Below are positions 1-10,956 of a DNA stretch of 64,000 bases, in pieces. Under the pieces are notes generated by a model. It did no database searches, had not been told where the DNA came from, and saw only the letters and a list, made by a program, of their open reading frames with translations. The first letter of the stretch is position 1. Each line of letters starts with the position of its first letter. Made by a program: the position numbers and the translations under genes. Source of the DNA: Blastocladiella emersonii ATCC 22665 (taxonomy: Eukaryota; Fungi; Blastocladiomycota); NCBI GenBank assembly GCA_025594325.1, contig JANHCV010000001.1:2604001-2668000 (forward strand). The letters are read 5' to 3'.

Positions 1-3000
1 TGGAAGTGCGAACCACATGAGCGCTGCGGCCATGACCTGGCTGCGGAGCAGGTCGCGGATCTCGTCGGGGCACGCCGGGTGGCTGGCCGCGCGCAGGGCG
101 AGCGTCAGCAGCGCGAACCGGACGGCGCGCGACTCGGGGTGCTTGGTGAGCTGGTCGTGCGCGCGGGTGCTGGCGAGGAGCAGGCGGAGCAGCGGCGCGG
201 GGACTGTGGCGAGGTTGGTAGTGAGGCGGTCCGTCAAAAAGTCGATGACCATGAGGCACGCGTCAAACTCGAGCTCGACGGGGGTCTCGGCGACGTCAAA
301 CTTGTCGCCCGTGTAGTGGATCTTGTCGGCGAGCGGGTTGTGCACGGGCGCGCGCGCCGCGAACAGGCCGCGGCGGCGGCCGACGACGTCGAGCAGCCAC
401 GCGCGCTCGAGGACGAGCAGCAGGCTGGCCTCGAGGTCCGAGAAGTGCAGCAGGACCGTGTGCCACGCGGCCACGGCGGCGCGCACCGCGCTGCGCGTGA
501 AGGCGGCCGTCGCGAGGTGCACCATGGCGCTGAGCAGGAGCATGTCCGGGTCGCCGCCGCCGGGCCGGCACAGGAACGCGGCCGCCTCGAACAGGAGCTC
601 GGTGATGTGGTCGTCCTCGGGGACACCAACCGACGACACGGGCTCGCCGTGGGCGGTGGTCTCGGCCGCGGTCTTCTTGACGTCACTAGCCGCATGCTCT
701 GCGGCAATCGCCTCGTGGCACCGCTTGAGTACGTCGTCGAGGGTGGCCGACTTGGCCTTGGCCGTCGCGGCGGCCCAGTGCGCAACGTTCCACGTGAACG
801 CGTCGACCCAGGTCGCGGGGAGGCGGCCGAGGACGGCGGCGAGCGAGCGGGTCGGGCACCCGACGACCGAGTCGGCGAGGAGGGCAACGACGAGCGCCTG
901 GCGGGACCCGGCGGTCCCTGCGGCCGTGAACTGGGTGCGGACGAGGTCACGGGCCGCGGTGCCGTCACGGGCAGCGAGCGCCGCAAGGGCGACCTCGCGC
1001 GCGAACATGAGTGGCTCGTACGCGTCGACGAGGCGGGCGAGGAACGACTGACACGTGGACGCGATCTGGGCGTGTGCGTGGGTCGCGCCGCGGAGGAGCT
1101 GCAGCGTCAGGGCGATGAGAGCGGGAACGTCGCGGACGGGTTTCGTGCCGCTGCTCGCGGTGCCGTTCGCCGAAGACGCGGGCTTCTTCTTGAAGAAGAA
1201 CTGGACCATGACCGTGTCGAGCAGCTGGAGGAAGACGGGGAGCAGGATGGGCTTCGGGTCGTCAACCATGCGCTGCAGGAGTCCGAGGACATTGAGCCGC
1301 GACTCGCTGGCGCAGCAGCACATGATGTGGTACAGGGTGAGGAGGTACAGCGCCTGCTCCGGGGTGAGCGCCGACGCAAGCGACGGCGTGGCGATGAGTT
1401 GCGACACGCGCGTCACGTACGCCGGCGACAGGAAGTAGCTCTCGATGACGGGCGCGTACGTGACTGGCGGCGTCGTGCACGCAATCTCGACGACCGAGTC
1501 CTGCGTCGCCTCGTTGGACACGAGGTCGAGCACCACGATGCAGTACCACGCGGTCCGGAACAGCGCCGTGATGGACGCGTCCGTGATCCCGTCGGCCGAC
1601 GGCGCAGCGGCGTTGGCAGCGGCAGCCGGGGTCGGGACAGACCCGTCGGCGTTGAGCGCGAGCCCGAGCTCGGCGTGCGTGGCGCGGCACATCTTGGCGA
1701 CGAGCGAGAGCAGGCGGCCAAACTCGGCGCGGGCGCGCTCGCGGTCTGTGGTGCCCATGCTCGACCACGCCTTGGCCGAGGTGGGCGCGGACGTGATGAG
1801 CCAGACGGCCTTGTTGGTGAAGTAGGTGAGCAGCGTGTGCAGAACGATGCGGCGCTGCTCGGGCGACGCCTCCTCGGCCATGGCGTCGACGCTGGCCATG
1901 ACGGCGCGCGTGACGCGGTCGTCCGAGATGTTGTCGCGCGCGTACTGCGAGAGGTACCGCGCGACCTCGGCGAACGTGTCGAGCGGGGCCACGAGAGCGA
2001 GCCGCGCGAGGTGGCGCAGGCACCCGCGCGTGTCGAGCGGCGTCGACTCGGCCGTGATCCGGCCCGCGCTGCTGACGGACCCGTGGCGGCTGCCGCCGTT
2101 CCCATTGCTGTTCCCGTTACGGTGCGCCTCCTGGGCGTGGTGCTCGTCGCCCATGGCGAGCAGGCGGATGAGGAACGGGATGACCGTGTCAAACACGTCG
2201 ACGCGGCGCACGGCCTCGGCGATGGCCGTGAGCCCGGCAATGCAATTGTCGAGCTTGGCCTGGGCCACGTCGCCCGAAGCGTTGCGCACGAGCGTGTACA
2301 GGACGGCCGCGGTGCGGTCCTTGGGCAGCGCGCGCGCCGTGTGGGCGAGGGCGCGCGTGACGCTGGCGCGGAACGACGTCAGGGCGTCGACCGACGCCGA
2401 CTGCTGGAACGCCGGGTGCGGGCCCGTCAGCAGGTCCTGCAGGAAGCTCTGGATCTGCGCGAGCGCGGGCGCGTTCTCGGTCGGGTTGGCGCTGAGCGCG
2501 GCCGAGAGGACCGACAGGCAGTCGGCGGCGGCAATCAGGACGACAATGTCGGACGTGGCCGAGCCCGCTGGCGGCGACGCGGCGCCCTTGTTCCCGCTGC
2601 CACCGGTCCCAGGCAGGTCAATCGAGCCGAGGACGGGCGAGCTGACGGACTCGGGCGGGCGGAACACGGAGAAGAGGATCGGGACCATGGCGTCGAGCGG
2701 GAGCGGCGACTGGATCCACGCGAGCGTGCACGTCTGCAGGTCCATGGCGAGGGCCTCGGGGCTAGCCGTGTTGGCGTTGCTGCCCGGGCCCGCAGACGAC
2801 GCTGCGCCGCTGGCGCGCAGCTCGCGCTGGTAGTTGAAGTGCTGCAGGCACAGCGTGGTGAGCTTCTCCATGGCGGCCGCAGGCACCGTCGACTCGGCGA
2901 GGCGGTGCAAGCCGGGCGCGGTGCAGATGATCTCCCACGCGGCCTTGAACGAGCGCAGCGTCGCGATGTCGACGGACTCGGACTTTTTGACTGCAGCTGC

Positions 3001-3984
3001 CGCGGCTGAACCGGTGCCGTTGGCGGTCGGAGCAGCAGCAGTCTCGTTGAGGACGTGGGTCGAGGTGTTGGCCGACGGCGGGACCGAGTTGGCGAGGAAC
3101 TTGGACTTGGGGCGGCCGCCGGGCGCGACGTGGTCGGCGCAAAGCTGCAAGGCGAGTGCGTTGCGGAGGAGGGCGAGGGCCTGCGAGTGGATGGCGTCGG
3201 CGGAGAAGGGCGTGCGGGTCCAGTACCCAGCGAGCCGCTTGCGCAGGCGGGCGTGGTTTGGGTCGGCCTCGAGGCGGGCGAGGGCCTCGGACACGGCATT
3301 GAGGAGCGGGACGGCGCGCGGGCCGCTGATCTCGTGCAGGAAGGCGACCGAAGAGTCGAACGTGGCGGGCGACGGGATCGGAACCACGGCGTCGTCCATG
3401 GCGCGCAGCAGGCCGATGAGCGCGGGCAGCTGCGACGACGTCAGGCGGAAGAAGTCGGACGCGTTGGCCACGTCGCGGACGAGCGCGACGAGCGTCGTCC
3501 ACACGCCGTCGAGGACGCGCTCGAGCGGCGCCCACGCAAAGTCGGCAGCGGCGCCGCGGCGCGTTGCGCTGTGCCCGTGCGACGCCGCGTTGCGCAGGCA
3601 CGTCACGGCGACATCGTGCGCGAGGCGGTCGGGCTGCTGCGCGGGCGTGTGCGCGGCGGTCGCGATCAGGGCGGCGACGTTGTCCCAGTCGCCGAGGAGC
3701 GACGCGCTGGCACGCTTCGGGCTCGCGCCGGTGCCGCCCGTCGTGGGCGGGGTGACGGGGCGGCCGTCCGGGTCGCTAGAGACAGCGGCACCATCCTTGA
3801 ACGAGATGGCGGAGCCGTTGGCGAGGAGGGCGGCGGCGAGGGCCTTGGGCGAGACCGAGTCGGCGTCGCCGTTCTCGGCCGACGTGGTCGTGGCGGTCAC
3901 GTCGCCGACATCGTCCTCGGCGGCAATCTGGCTCGAGAGCAGCGCGATCTCGTTCCACAGGCGCGCGTGGAGCCGAGGTCGCAT
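1..3984 (-). CDS. STT4: Phosphatidylinositol 4-kinase type III alpha (Stt4/PI4KA), N-terminal ~1,300 aa; continues past the window start
   Basis: Manually translated minus-strand frame, open from ATG 3984 to base 1. It is absent from the ORF track, probably because it has no in-window stop. Motifs LFRTAWYCIVV, FTRSAVRAAVAAWHTV, RRRGLF, HPESRAVRFALLTLAL and ALMWFALP match the PI4KA N-terminal/middle region. A further upstream exon (4100-4370) is possible. Confidence 0.8.
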   Translation of the reverse strand, partial: MRPRLHARLWNEIALLSSQIAAEDDVGDVTATTTSAENGDADSVSPKALAAALLANGSAISFKDGAAVSSDPDGRPVTPPTTGGTGASPKRASASLLGDWDNVAALIATAAHTPAQQPDRLAHDVAVTCLRNAASHGHSATRRGAAADFAWAPLERVLDGVWTTLVALVRDVANASDFFRLTSSQLPALIGLLRAMDDAVVPIPSPATFDSSVAFLHEISGPRAVPLLNAVSEALARLEADPNHARLRKRLAGYWTRTPFSADAIHSQALALLRNALALQLCADHVAPGGRPKSKFLANSVPPSANTSTHVLNETAAAPTANGTGSAAAAAVKKSESVDIATLRSFKAAWEIICTAPGLHRLAESTVPAAAMEKLTTLCLQHFNYQRELRASGAASSAGPGSNANTASPEALAMDLQTCTLAWIQSPLPLDAMVPILFSVFRPPESVSSPVLGSIDLPGTGGSGNKGAASPPAGSATSDIVVLIAAADCLSVLSAALSANPTENAPALAQIQSFLQDLLTGPHPAFQQSASVDALTSFRASVTRALAHTARALPKDRTAAVLYTLVRNASGDVAQAKLDNCIAGLTAIAEAVRRVDVFDTVIPFLIRLLAMGDEHHAQEAHRNGNSNGNGGSRHGSVSSAGRITAESTPLDTRGCLRHLARLALVAPLDTFAEVARYLSQYARDNISDDRVTRAVMASVDAMAEEASPEQRRIVLHTLLTYFTNKAVWLITSAPTSAKAWSSMGTTDRERARAEFGRLLSLVAKMCRATHAELGLALNADGSVPTPAAAANAAAPSADGITDASITALFRTAWYCIVVLDLVSNEATQDSVVEIACTTPPVTYAPVIESYFLSPAYVTRVSQLIATPSLASALTPEQALYLLTLYHIMCCCASESRLNVLGLLQRMVDDPKPILLPVFLQLLDTVMVQFFFKKKPASSANGTASSGTKPVRDVPALIALTLQLLRGATHAHAQIASTCQSFLARLVDAYEPLMFAREVALAALAARDGTAARDLVRTQFTAAGTAGSRQALVVALLADSVVGCPTRSLAAVLGRLPATWVDAFTWNVAHWAAATAKAKSATLDDVLKRCHEAIAAEHAASDVKKTAAETTAHGEPVSSVGVPEDDHITELLFEAAAFLCRPGGGDPDMLLLSAMVHLATAAFTRSAVRAAVAAWHTVLLHFSDLEASLLLVLERAWLLDVVGRRRGLFAARAPVHNPLADKIHYTGDKFDVAETPVELEFDACLMVIDFLTDRLTTNLATVPAPLLRLLLASTRAHDQLTKHPESRAVRFALLTLALRAASHPACPDEIRDLLRSQVMAAALMWFALP

Positions 3985-4781
3985 GGCCGGCTATCGAGGC
4001 GTCGAATCCGGTGTCGTGAAGGGCGCAGTGAAGCGGGTGCACTAGCAACACGCGGCTCAAGGTCAGATCCGCAACTCGCTCAGCGTCTTGGGGACACTCC
4101 AACACATACGTTGGCAGTCTCAATCAATCAACAGGGAAGGTTGCTGAAAGGGTGTCGTCGAGGGGACGCGTGTTCGCGGCCGTGCGCGGTCGTAGGAGCA
4201 GCGGGACAGCGCGAGGCGGCGGCGTGCACGCAGCAGGCGCAACTGCGAGCAGTAGCTTGATTCGTAGCGTCGTCGCCCGTGGCGGGATCCGTGGTCCTTG
4301 GCGGAGCGGGAGGGTTCCCGAGCAGAAGTCTCCACGTTTCACGCACGCGGCGAGCCGCTTCGCCACACTTAACCGTGATCACGCGCCATCCACGCGATTG
4401 TCCGACGCGTCTCGCACCCACGTGTGTCTCGCGTGTCGCGTCGTCGTGAGGAAGAAGGAGAGCGGTTGCTGATGCCACCCGGAACGCGAAATTTACTGAC
4501 GGCCTGTCAGCGAGACCCGGACGCGGATCCCTCCCGTGTCGACAAGCGAGCAAGCGAGCCCATCTCCCACCTCATCCCCGCGTCTCCTCCTCCGGACTGG
4601 CCCCTGGCACCGTCCCCTCGCGCCAACCCCGCGTCGTCTTTGTGATGGTGGCCCCAGGGACTTCCAAAGTACAAGTCGAATGCATGTACGCATATCGGTG
4701 CGGCTGGGACCCGGTGCCCGTATAAATGCTCCCCCACCGCTTCTGCTCTCTGCCCTTCGAGTCGTCACTAAGTACGAATAC

Positions 4782-5302
4782 ATGCCCAACCTGTTCAAGA
4801 ACACCAAGATGAATGCCGCTTCGAGCCCGGACCTGTCGTCCTGCACGCTGCACACCTTCCACTCGTCCACGTCGACCGCGGCCATCCCGCAACCGCTCGC
4901 CCGTCCACCGACTCTGCTCGCGCGCGCTTTCCGCTGGGCCAAGTCGCGCCGCTCGCTGCCGTCCACGCCACTCGACGTGAGCCTGGACAGCTCCGCCAAC
5001 TCGAACACGACCGTGTCCACGTCGCAGCCCTCGTCGACGTTGCAGCAGCCGGGTCTCCTCCGCGTCGACGCCACGAGCGCCGACATGAGCTCGGGCCAGA
5101 CGCTCGCGAGCAGTGCGCCAAGTCTCGATGGCAGCGGCGGCGCGAACAAGCTGCGCGGGTGGAAGTCGATGCGGCTCCGGGCCAGCGCGCAGTCGGGGCT
5201 TTCGCTCTCGCAGTCGTTCCCGTCGCGCGCGCTCGCGACCAAGCGCAAGGTGACGGACGAGGAGAAGCAGCAGCAGAGCGTGGATCTGGGGGAGCGCAGT
5301 AA
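4782..5302 (+). CDS. Hypothetical Ser-rich, low-complexity protein; 3' end ambiguous
   Basis: TATAAAT at 4721, ATGs at 4782/4809 and host-like GC3 codons up to ~5290. AATAAA at 5301 and TAATAA out of frame by one base after a G5 run. Confidence 0.35.
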
Positions 5303-5347
5303 TAAATGTAGTGCAGTGCATAGATCCATCACGCCCAGACAATGGTA

Positions 5348-7299
5348 TCAATCATCTGCCGCCTCGTCGCCCGTCACTGTCCGCATCCCGCGGCGGTGCA
5401 CCGCCGTGCTCGGGTGGTGGTGCTGCTGGAGCGCCGTGTCTGGACGCCGGTCGGGTGACGGCGCGCGCGACATCGCAGCCGTCGACGGCTCGGACCACGC
5501 TTCTTCCTCTTGGGCCACCCGCGGTGCCGTGACTCGTTGGTCGAGCAACCGCCCGCTGACACGATCCCACGCGACGAGCGCGACGGCAAACACGGCCGAC
5601 GACGTTGCAATCGCGAGGAACAGGTACCCAACCGTGTCGAACGAGTCGCTCCGCGCGCGCAGCGTAGCCACGAGCATCGGGAACCCAGCGAGCGCGAGGT
5701 TGAGCGCGACCGTGACGGCGCCGTACGCCGTGCCCAGCAGGCGGTCAGGGACCAGCAGCGGAACGCACGCCCACACGATGGCGGCGAAAAGGGCGGACCC
5801 GACGCCGAGCAATAGGAGCGCGAGGAGGGGCGGGAACGAGGTCAGGAACAGCAGCGCGTGGCCAGCCACGAGCAGCAGCGACGACAGCGGGAGGAAGCGG
5901 CCGGGTCGGCCGGCCTTGTCGACGAAAAGTCCCATGAGCGGGGTACCGAACGCGCACACGAGGTCCGGGATGCCCATCAGGATGCCGGCGCGCTGCACGT
6001 CGCCCGGGTACCACTTGGATTGCAGGACTACGCATCGAGTGGTTTGTGAGCACAGATGACATGGTGAGCGGAAGCAGACGTACAGTCGGACGAGATGTGG
6101 ATGAACGGCGACACGGATCCGTAGAGCGCGACAGTGAGCGCGCACAGCAGCCAGAAACTGGGCGGAAGACTTCGGATCCCACCGGCCGCCGTGTCGTTGG
6201 AGTCGACGACAGACTCGGCCGACGACGCGTTCTGCCGCTGGCTCGAGCGGATGCTGCTCGAGTCGGACTTGGCGCGGCGCGTCGAGAGGCGGTCCGAGGA
6301 CGCGGGGGCGAGCGTGGACCCGTCCTCCTCGTCGACAGTGTCCTTGGAGAGTTGGCTCGAGGCGGAAGGCGATGCGACGAGGTTAGCCGAGCTCGGGTGC
6401 GCGACGGGGAGAAGCGGCTCGTTCTCGTTGCCCAGCTCATCGTCGTCGTCGAGGTTCGGGATCGGGAAGGGCGAGTCGGGCCGCAAGCCGGCGCGCGCAC
6501 GCGCAGACGGGGTATCCACGCGGATGAGGATGAAGCCGGTGCCGAGCGAGAGGAAGCAGATGACGACGGACAGCAGCGCGGCTGCGGCGGGTCCTGTGGT
6601 CCAGGCCTGCCACCAGGACAGGTTGTCGACGCGCGTCAGGTTGGCGATCCAGGGCGAGACCGAGTCCTGAACTGCAGCGGCGATGCGCGAGATCGAGAGG
6701 TTAATGCCGAGCGCGAGGGCAAGGTAGCCTGACTCGTTGAACCACTCGGACGTGATGGTCGTCCCGGCGACCTCGAGCGACTCGCCGCCGAGTCCGCACA
6801 GCACGCGGCCGAGGACGAGGAGCGCAAACGAACGGGTCGCAACGCCGACCCAGAAACACGCAGCGCCGAGACAGATGAGGGAGCCGAACGCGACGACGGT
6901 GAAGCGCGGACCGAGTCGGTCGAACAGCGCTCCACCGAGGACGGGCGTGACGAGGTTGGGCAGCGAGTAGGCCGAGTAGAGCAGGTTGAGCTGGTACGTG
7001 AACTCCTCGTAGGGCGTGCCGAGCAGCTCGCGTAGGGGCGTCTGCAGCGCGCCGGGGCAGTCGTAGAAGTAGTAGGTGCCGAACACAATGAAGCAGCCGA
7101 GGACAAGCACGACGAGGTGGGTGCGCGTCACGGGCAGCGTGGCCGAGCGCGGGCCGTCGTCGGCGTCGGCGCCAGAGACGCGATCCGGGTCAATGTCGGC
7201 GGGGATCGACGCGGCCGGCGAGCTGATCCGTTCGTCCGCGACGAGGAGCGGCGTGTAGAGCGTGGCCCCCGTTGGCGACGCTGGTCGTAAATGCTCCAT
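5348..7299 (-). CDS. MFS transporter, MFSD1-like; 2 exons (intron 6028-6083)
   Basis: GTYYFYDCPGALQ, LYSAYSLPNLV..GGALFDRLG, GRVLCGLGGESL and GLFVDKAGR motifs. Splicing GTACGT...TAG joins HISSD-FLQSKWY in frame. Confidence 0.85.
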
Positions 7300-7688
7300 G
7301 GTTTGAGGTTGGCATGCGTGCGTGGGCAGCGGGGAGAGAGAGGGCGGGTCGCGACCGCGAAGGGGAGCTGGAGACGTGCGTGTGCCCCACGAGCGCGTGA
7401 TCTTGAGGGACGCGTCTCACCGCGTGCACGCGACCGTGACCGTGGCCGTTTCAGCTTCGCCCGCCCCTCTTCCTTCCCCCGCTTCTTCAGCCGCTGTCGA
7501 TCAAGCTTTCGGTCGTCTTTCATTAGCGACGTCCTCTCTCTCCCACGCCGACCTCTCCTTCGCTCATCGCACAGCACCCGCAACGCACAACGTAACTGCC
7601 CGCCACTGCTTGCATTGCAGTCTGATATACCCCCCGTCGAGCCCTCCACCAAGTGGATCACCGCCTCGATCGTCATCATCCGCCAGCC

Positions 7689-10685
7689 ATGTCGTCGACC
7701 CCGCCCTCGCCAACATCACCCACGTCACCGCAGCAGCCCGACGCCGCTGCCGCCGCGCTGCTGGCCACGTCGGTGCACGCGCGGACGCCGTCCAACCCGC
7801 GGCCCGTCCCGCAGCCGTCCACGTCCATCGCCGGCGGCGGCGCCAGCGCGCTCCCGCCGCTCCCGGCGTCCAACCCGTGGGACCCGGCGTCGCTGCCGCG
7901 CTCGCACATCAGCCAGGTCCTCGACAACTTCCTCGTGTCGTCGTCGCCGCGCCAGCGCACCTCGATCCACTCCACGTCGTCGTCCGTCGCCGGCGCCGGT
8001 GGCGACGCCGCTTCGAGCCCGCTGGTGACCCCGCGCCCGCGCGACCTGCGCGAGCCGACCGTCACCACCGGGTTCGCCGCTCCCGCACCCGCTGTGGCAG
8101 CCTCGGGCCGCGCATCCCCAACCGTCGCCGAGCGCCGCCGTCTCTCGTCGCTGCGCGGATCGCCGTCGGGCCCGCCGCTGCGCGTCCTAACCCCCGCGAG
8201 TCCCGCGCGCACCCAGGCGGTGCAGGCCGCCGCTGCCGCGGCCGCTGCCGCTGGCCCAATCGTGCCGAGCTCGGCGCTGCCGTCGAGCACGTCGTCGGCC
8301 GCAACACCCGTACCGCCGCCGTCCTCGGCTGTCCGCGCGCCTCAGCCGCCCGCTGTCGCCGGCTCCGTCGCAGCGCGCCGCGGGCCGATCCCGGACCAGG
8401 TCGTCGCTGACTACGTGCTCGACCCGTCGGTCGGGTCGCCGAGCCACGGCCTACTCGGCGGGTTCGCCGTGCGCGACATGTACAAGTACCGTGAGCGGCC
8501 CGTCGTCAACCGCCTCGTGCACCGCGTGCGGTCGCGCTCGGTCCCCGCCGACCTGCACAGCCGCCGCAACCAGACCGGCCGGCGATCCGGTGGTGATGCG
8601 CGCGTCGTACGGTTCGACCCGTCGGCCTCGGGTCCCAGACCCGCCGCTGCCGAAGATGACGAAGACGACGCGGCGAGCCCGAACCCGGCCGCCCCGCTGC
8701 ACCTGATCCGCGCCCGCGACCTCAAGGTGCCCGGCGGGTTCCGCCGCTTCTACCTGCTGCACATGGACCCGTTCCGCCACAAGCGCTCTCTGCGCCAGAA
8801 AGCGCGCCGCCGCGCGCTCCTGCGCCAGCAGCGCGACGACGAGGCCCGCCGTGGGCGGGACCGCGATCGCAACCCCGCCAACGGCAACGCGCTCGCGTCC
8901 TCGCCCGCCGACTCGGGTGTCAGCGCGACCGCCGCTCTCTCTCGCCGTCGTATCGGCGGAGGCGGTAGCAGCCGCGGCACGACGCGGCGCTCGAACGGGC
9001 ACGAGTACCATTACATCATGCCCGACACGGACGACGACGAGGCCGGCGGGTCCGGGATCGCGTCGCCGCCCGCGACGCCGCACATCCCGACCCGCTCCTT
9101 CTTTGACTTCCTCGGCATGTACGGCAACTTTGGCGGTGCGTCGCTGTGGGACGAGGACGAGCTCGCCGACTGGGGCCTGCCGCCGCCCGTCGCCGGGGTC
9201 CCACCTGGCAGCGCCGCCGCATTTGGCGCTGCGTGGGAGGACGAGGAGGTGACGCTCGGCGGCGAGCCCGACGACTACGCGACGGCAACGCCGCTGGCCG
9301 CCGACGAACGCACGGCGCTGCTCGCGTCCGCCGTCGGCGGGTCCACGTCGTACCTCCAGGCCTCGTCGCTCCCGTCGTCCCCGCTCCTGTCGCCGCGCTC
9401 GGCGCACAGCGTGGTGGCGACGGCTGGGCCCGCTGCGATGCCCCAGGGGACCGCGAATGCCCGTAAGGTGTTCCTGCTCCTCATCAAGTCGTTTATCGGC
9501 ACCGGCGTGCTCTTCCTGCCCTCGGTACGGTTCTCAACCTCGCGCCTTACGCCGCCAAGACATTGACTCACGCACGCGCGCGCGCACGTGTAGGCGTTCC
9601 GAGACGGCGGACTGGCCTTCTCCTTCATCTTCCTGATCCTGATTGCGTACCTGAGCGCCAAGGGGATGCTGCTGCTGGCCAAGGTTAACACGCGCGTGCC
9701 TGGATCGTTTGGCGACATTGCGTCGACGCTGTACGGCCCGTTCATGCGGTACCTGGTGCTCGGCAGTATCGCGCTGTCGCAGACGGGCTTCTGCACGGCG
9801 TATATGGTGTTCATCGCGCAGAACACGACGTCGCTCCTCGCGCAGGTGACGGGCGGCGCGTGGTCGCTCAGCATCCCGGCCATCATCGCGATCCAGGTCG
9901 TGCTGTACATCCCGCTCGCGCTCGTCCGCAAGCTCAAGAATTTCGCGGTGCTGTCGCTCATCGGCGACGCCTTCATCCTGCTCGGGCTCGGCGTGGTGGC
10001 GGCCACGGCGCTGCAGACGATCGCGGACCGCGGCGGCGTCGCGCCCGGCATCAAGCAGTTCAACTCCGAGTCGTTTGCGCTGTACATTGGCACATCCGTG
10101 TACACGTTCGAGGGCGTCGGACTCGTGATCCCGATTGCACAGTCGATGAAGCGGCCGTCGCAGTTTGGGTGGGTGCTCAGCTTCACCATGGTCCTGACCA
10201 CGGCCGTGTACCTGTTCATCGCCAGCGTCGGGTACCTCGCGTGGGGCGACGACGTGCAGACCATCGTGCTCCTCAACCTCCCCGCGACGTCGTGGTCGTC
10301 GGCCATCTTCGTGCTCTACATCCTGGCCATCGTCTTCACCTGGCCGCTCGTCCTGTTCCCCGTGATGCGCATCATCGAGCAGGCCGTCCTCCCGCACGCC
10401 GACGGCAAGGCGTCGACGCTGCACAAGTGGCAGAAGAACGCGCTGCGCACCGCCCTCGTCGTGTGCATCGGCGTGTTCGCTGTGGTCGGGTCCGCCGCGC
10501 TCAACAAGCTCGTCGCGCTGATCGGCTCGTTCGCGTGCATCCCGCTCTCCTTCCTGTACCCGAGCATGTTCCACCTCCGCGCCTTCCCCGACCAGGGCCG
10601 CATTGGCCGTGCCGCCGATATCGGCATGTTCGTGTTTGGCATGGTCGCCATGATCTACGTCACGTACACGACGATCTTGATATGA
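7689..10685 (+). CDS. Vacuolar amino acid transporter Avt3/Avt4 family (Aa_trans); intron 9525-9593
   Basis: Long disordered N-terminus with PGGFRRFYL, then KSFIGTGVLFLP-AFRDGGL, YTFEGVGLVIPI, ALIGSFACIPLSFLYP. Confidence 0.9.
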
Positions 10686-10956
10686 TCTCGCCCTCGCCCC
10701 TTCCCATCAAATGCAACGGTAACATACAAAATCTTTTGCACATCGAGTCGAGCATCGAAGACATCGAGGAGGGACGCGGTGGTCATGCTGGCTGACTCGA
10801 TAGCCGTGACGGCCGCCCGGTGTGACGCTGCCGCTCCCTTCCTCCGCTCCCGTCGCTCGAACGCTTCTCTCGCTGCTTTCTGCTGCACATTCACCTGCCA
10901 GGACCAGACCGGCACTCCCTGCAATGCTCGCCGGATCATCGGCCAACCCACCACCC

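Noticed and set aside
79-3009. 976-aa plus-strand ORF and other long overlapping ORFs
   Set aside because: Antisense shadow of the GC3-biased STT4 frame; Arg/Gly-rich with no recognisable motifs.
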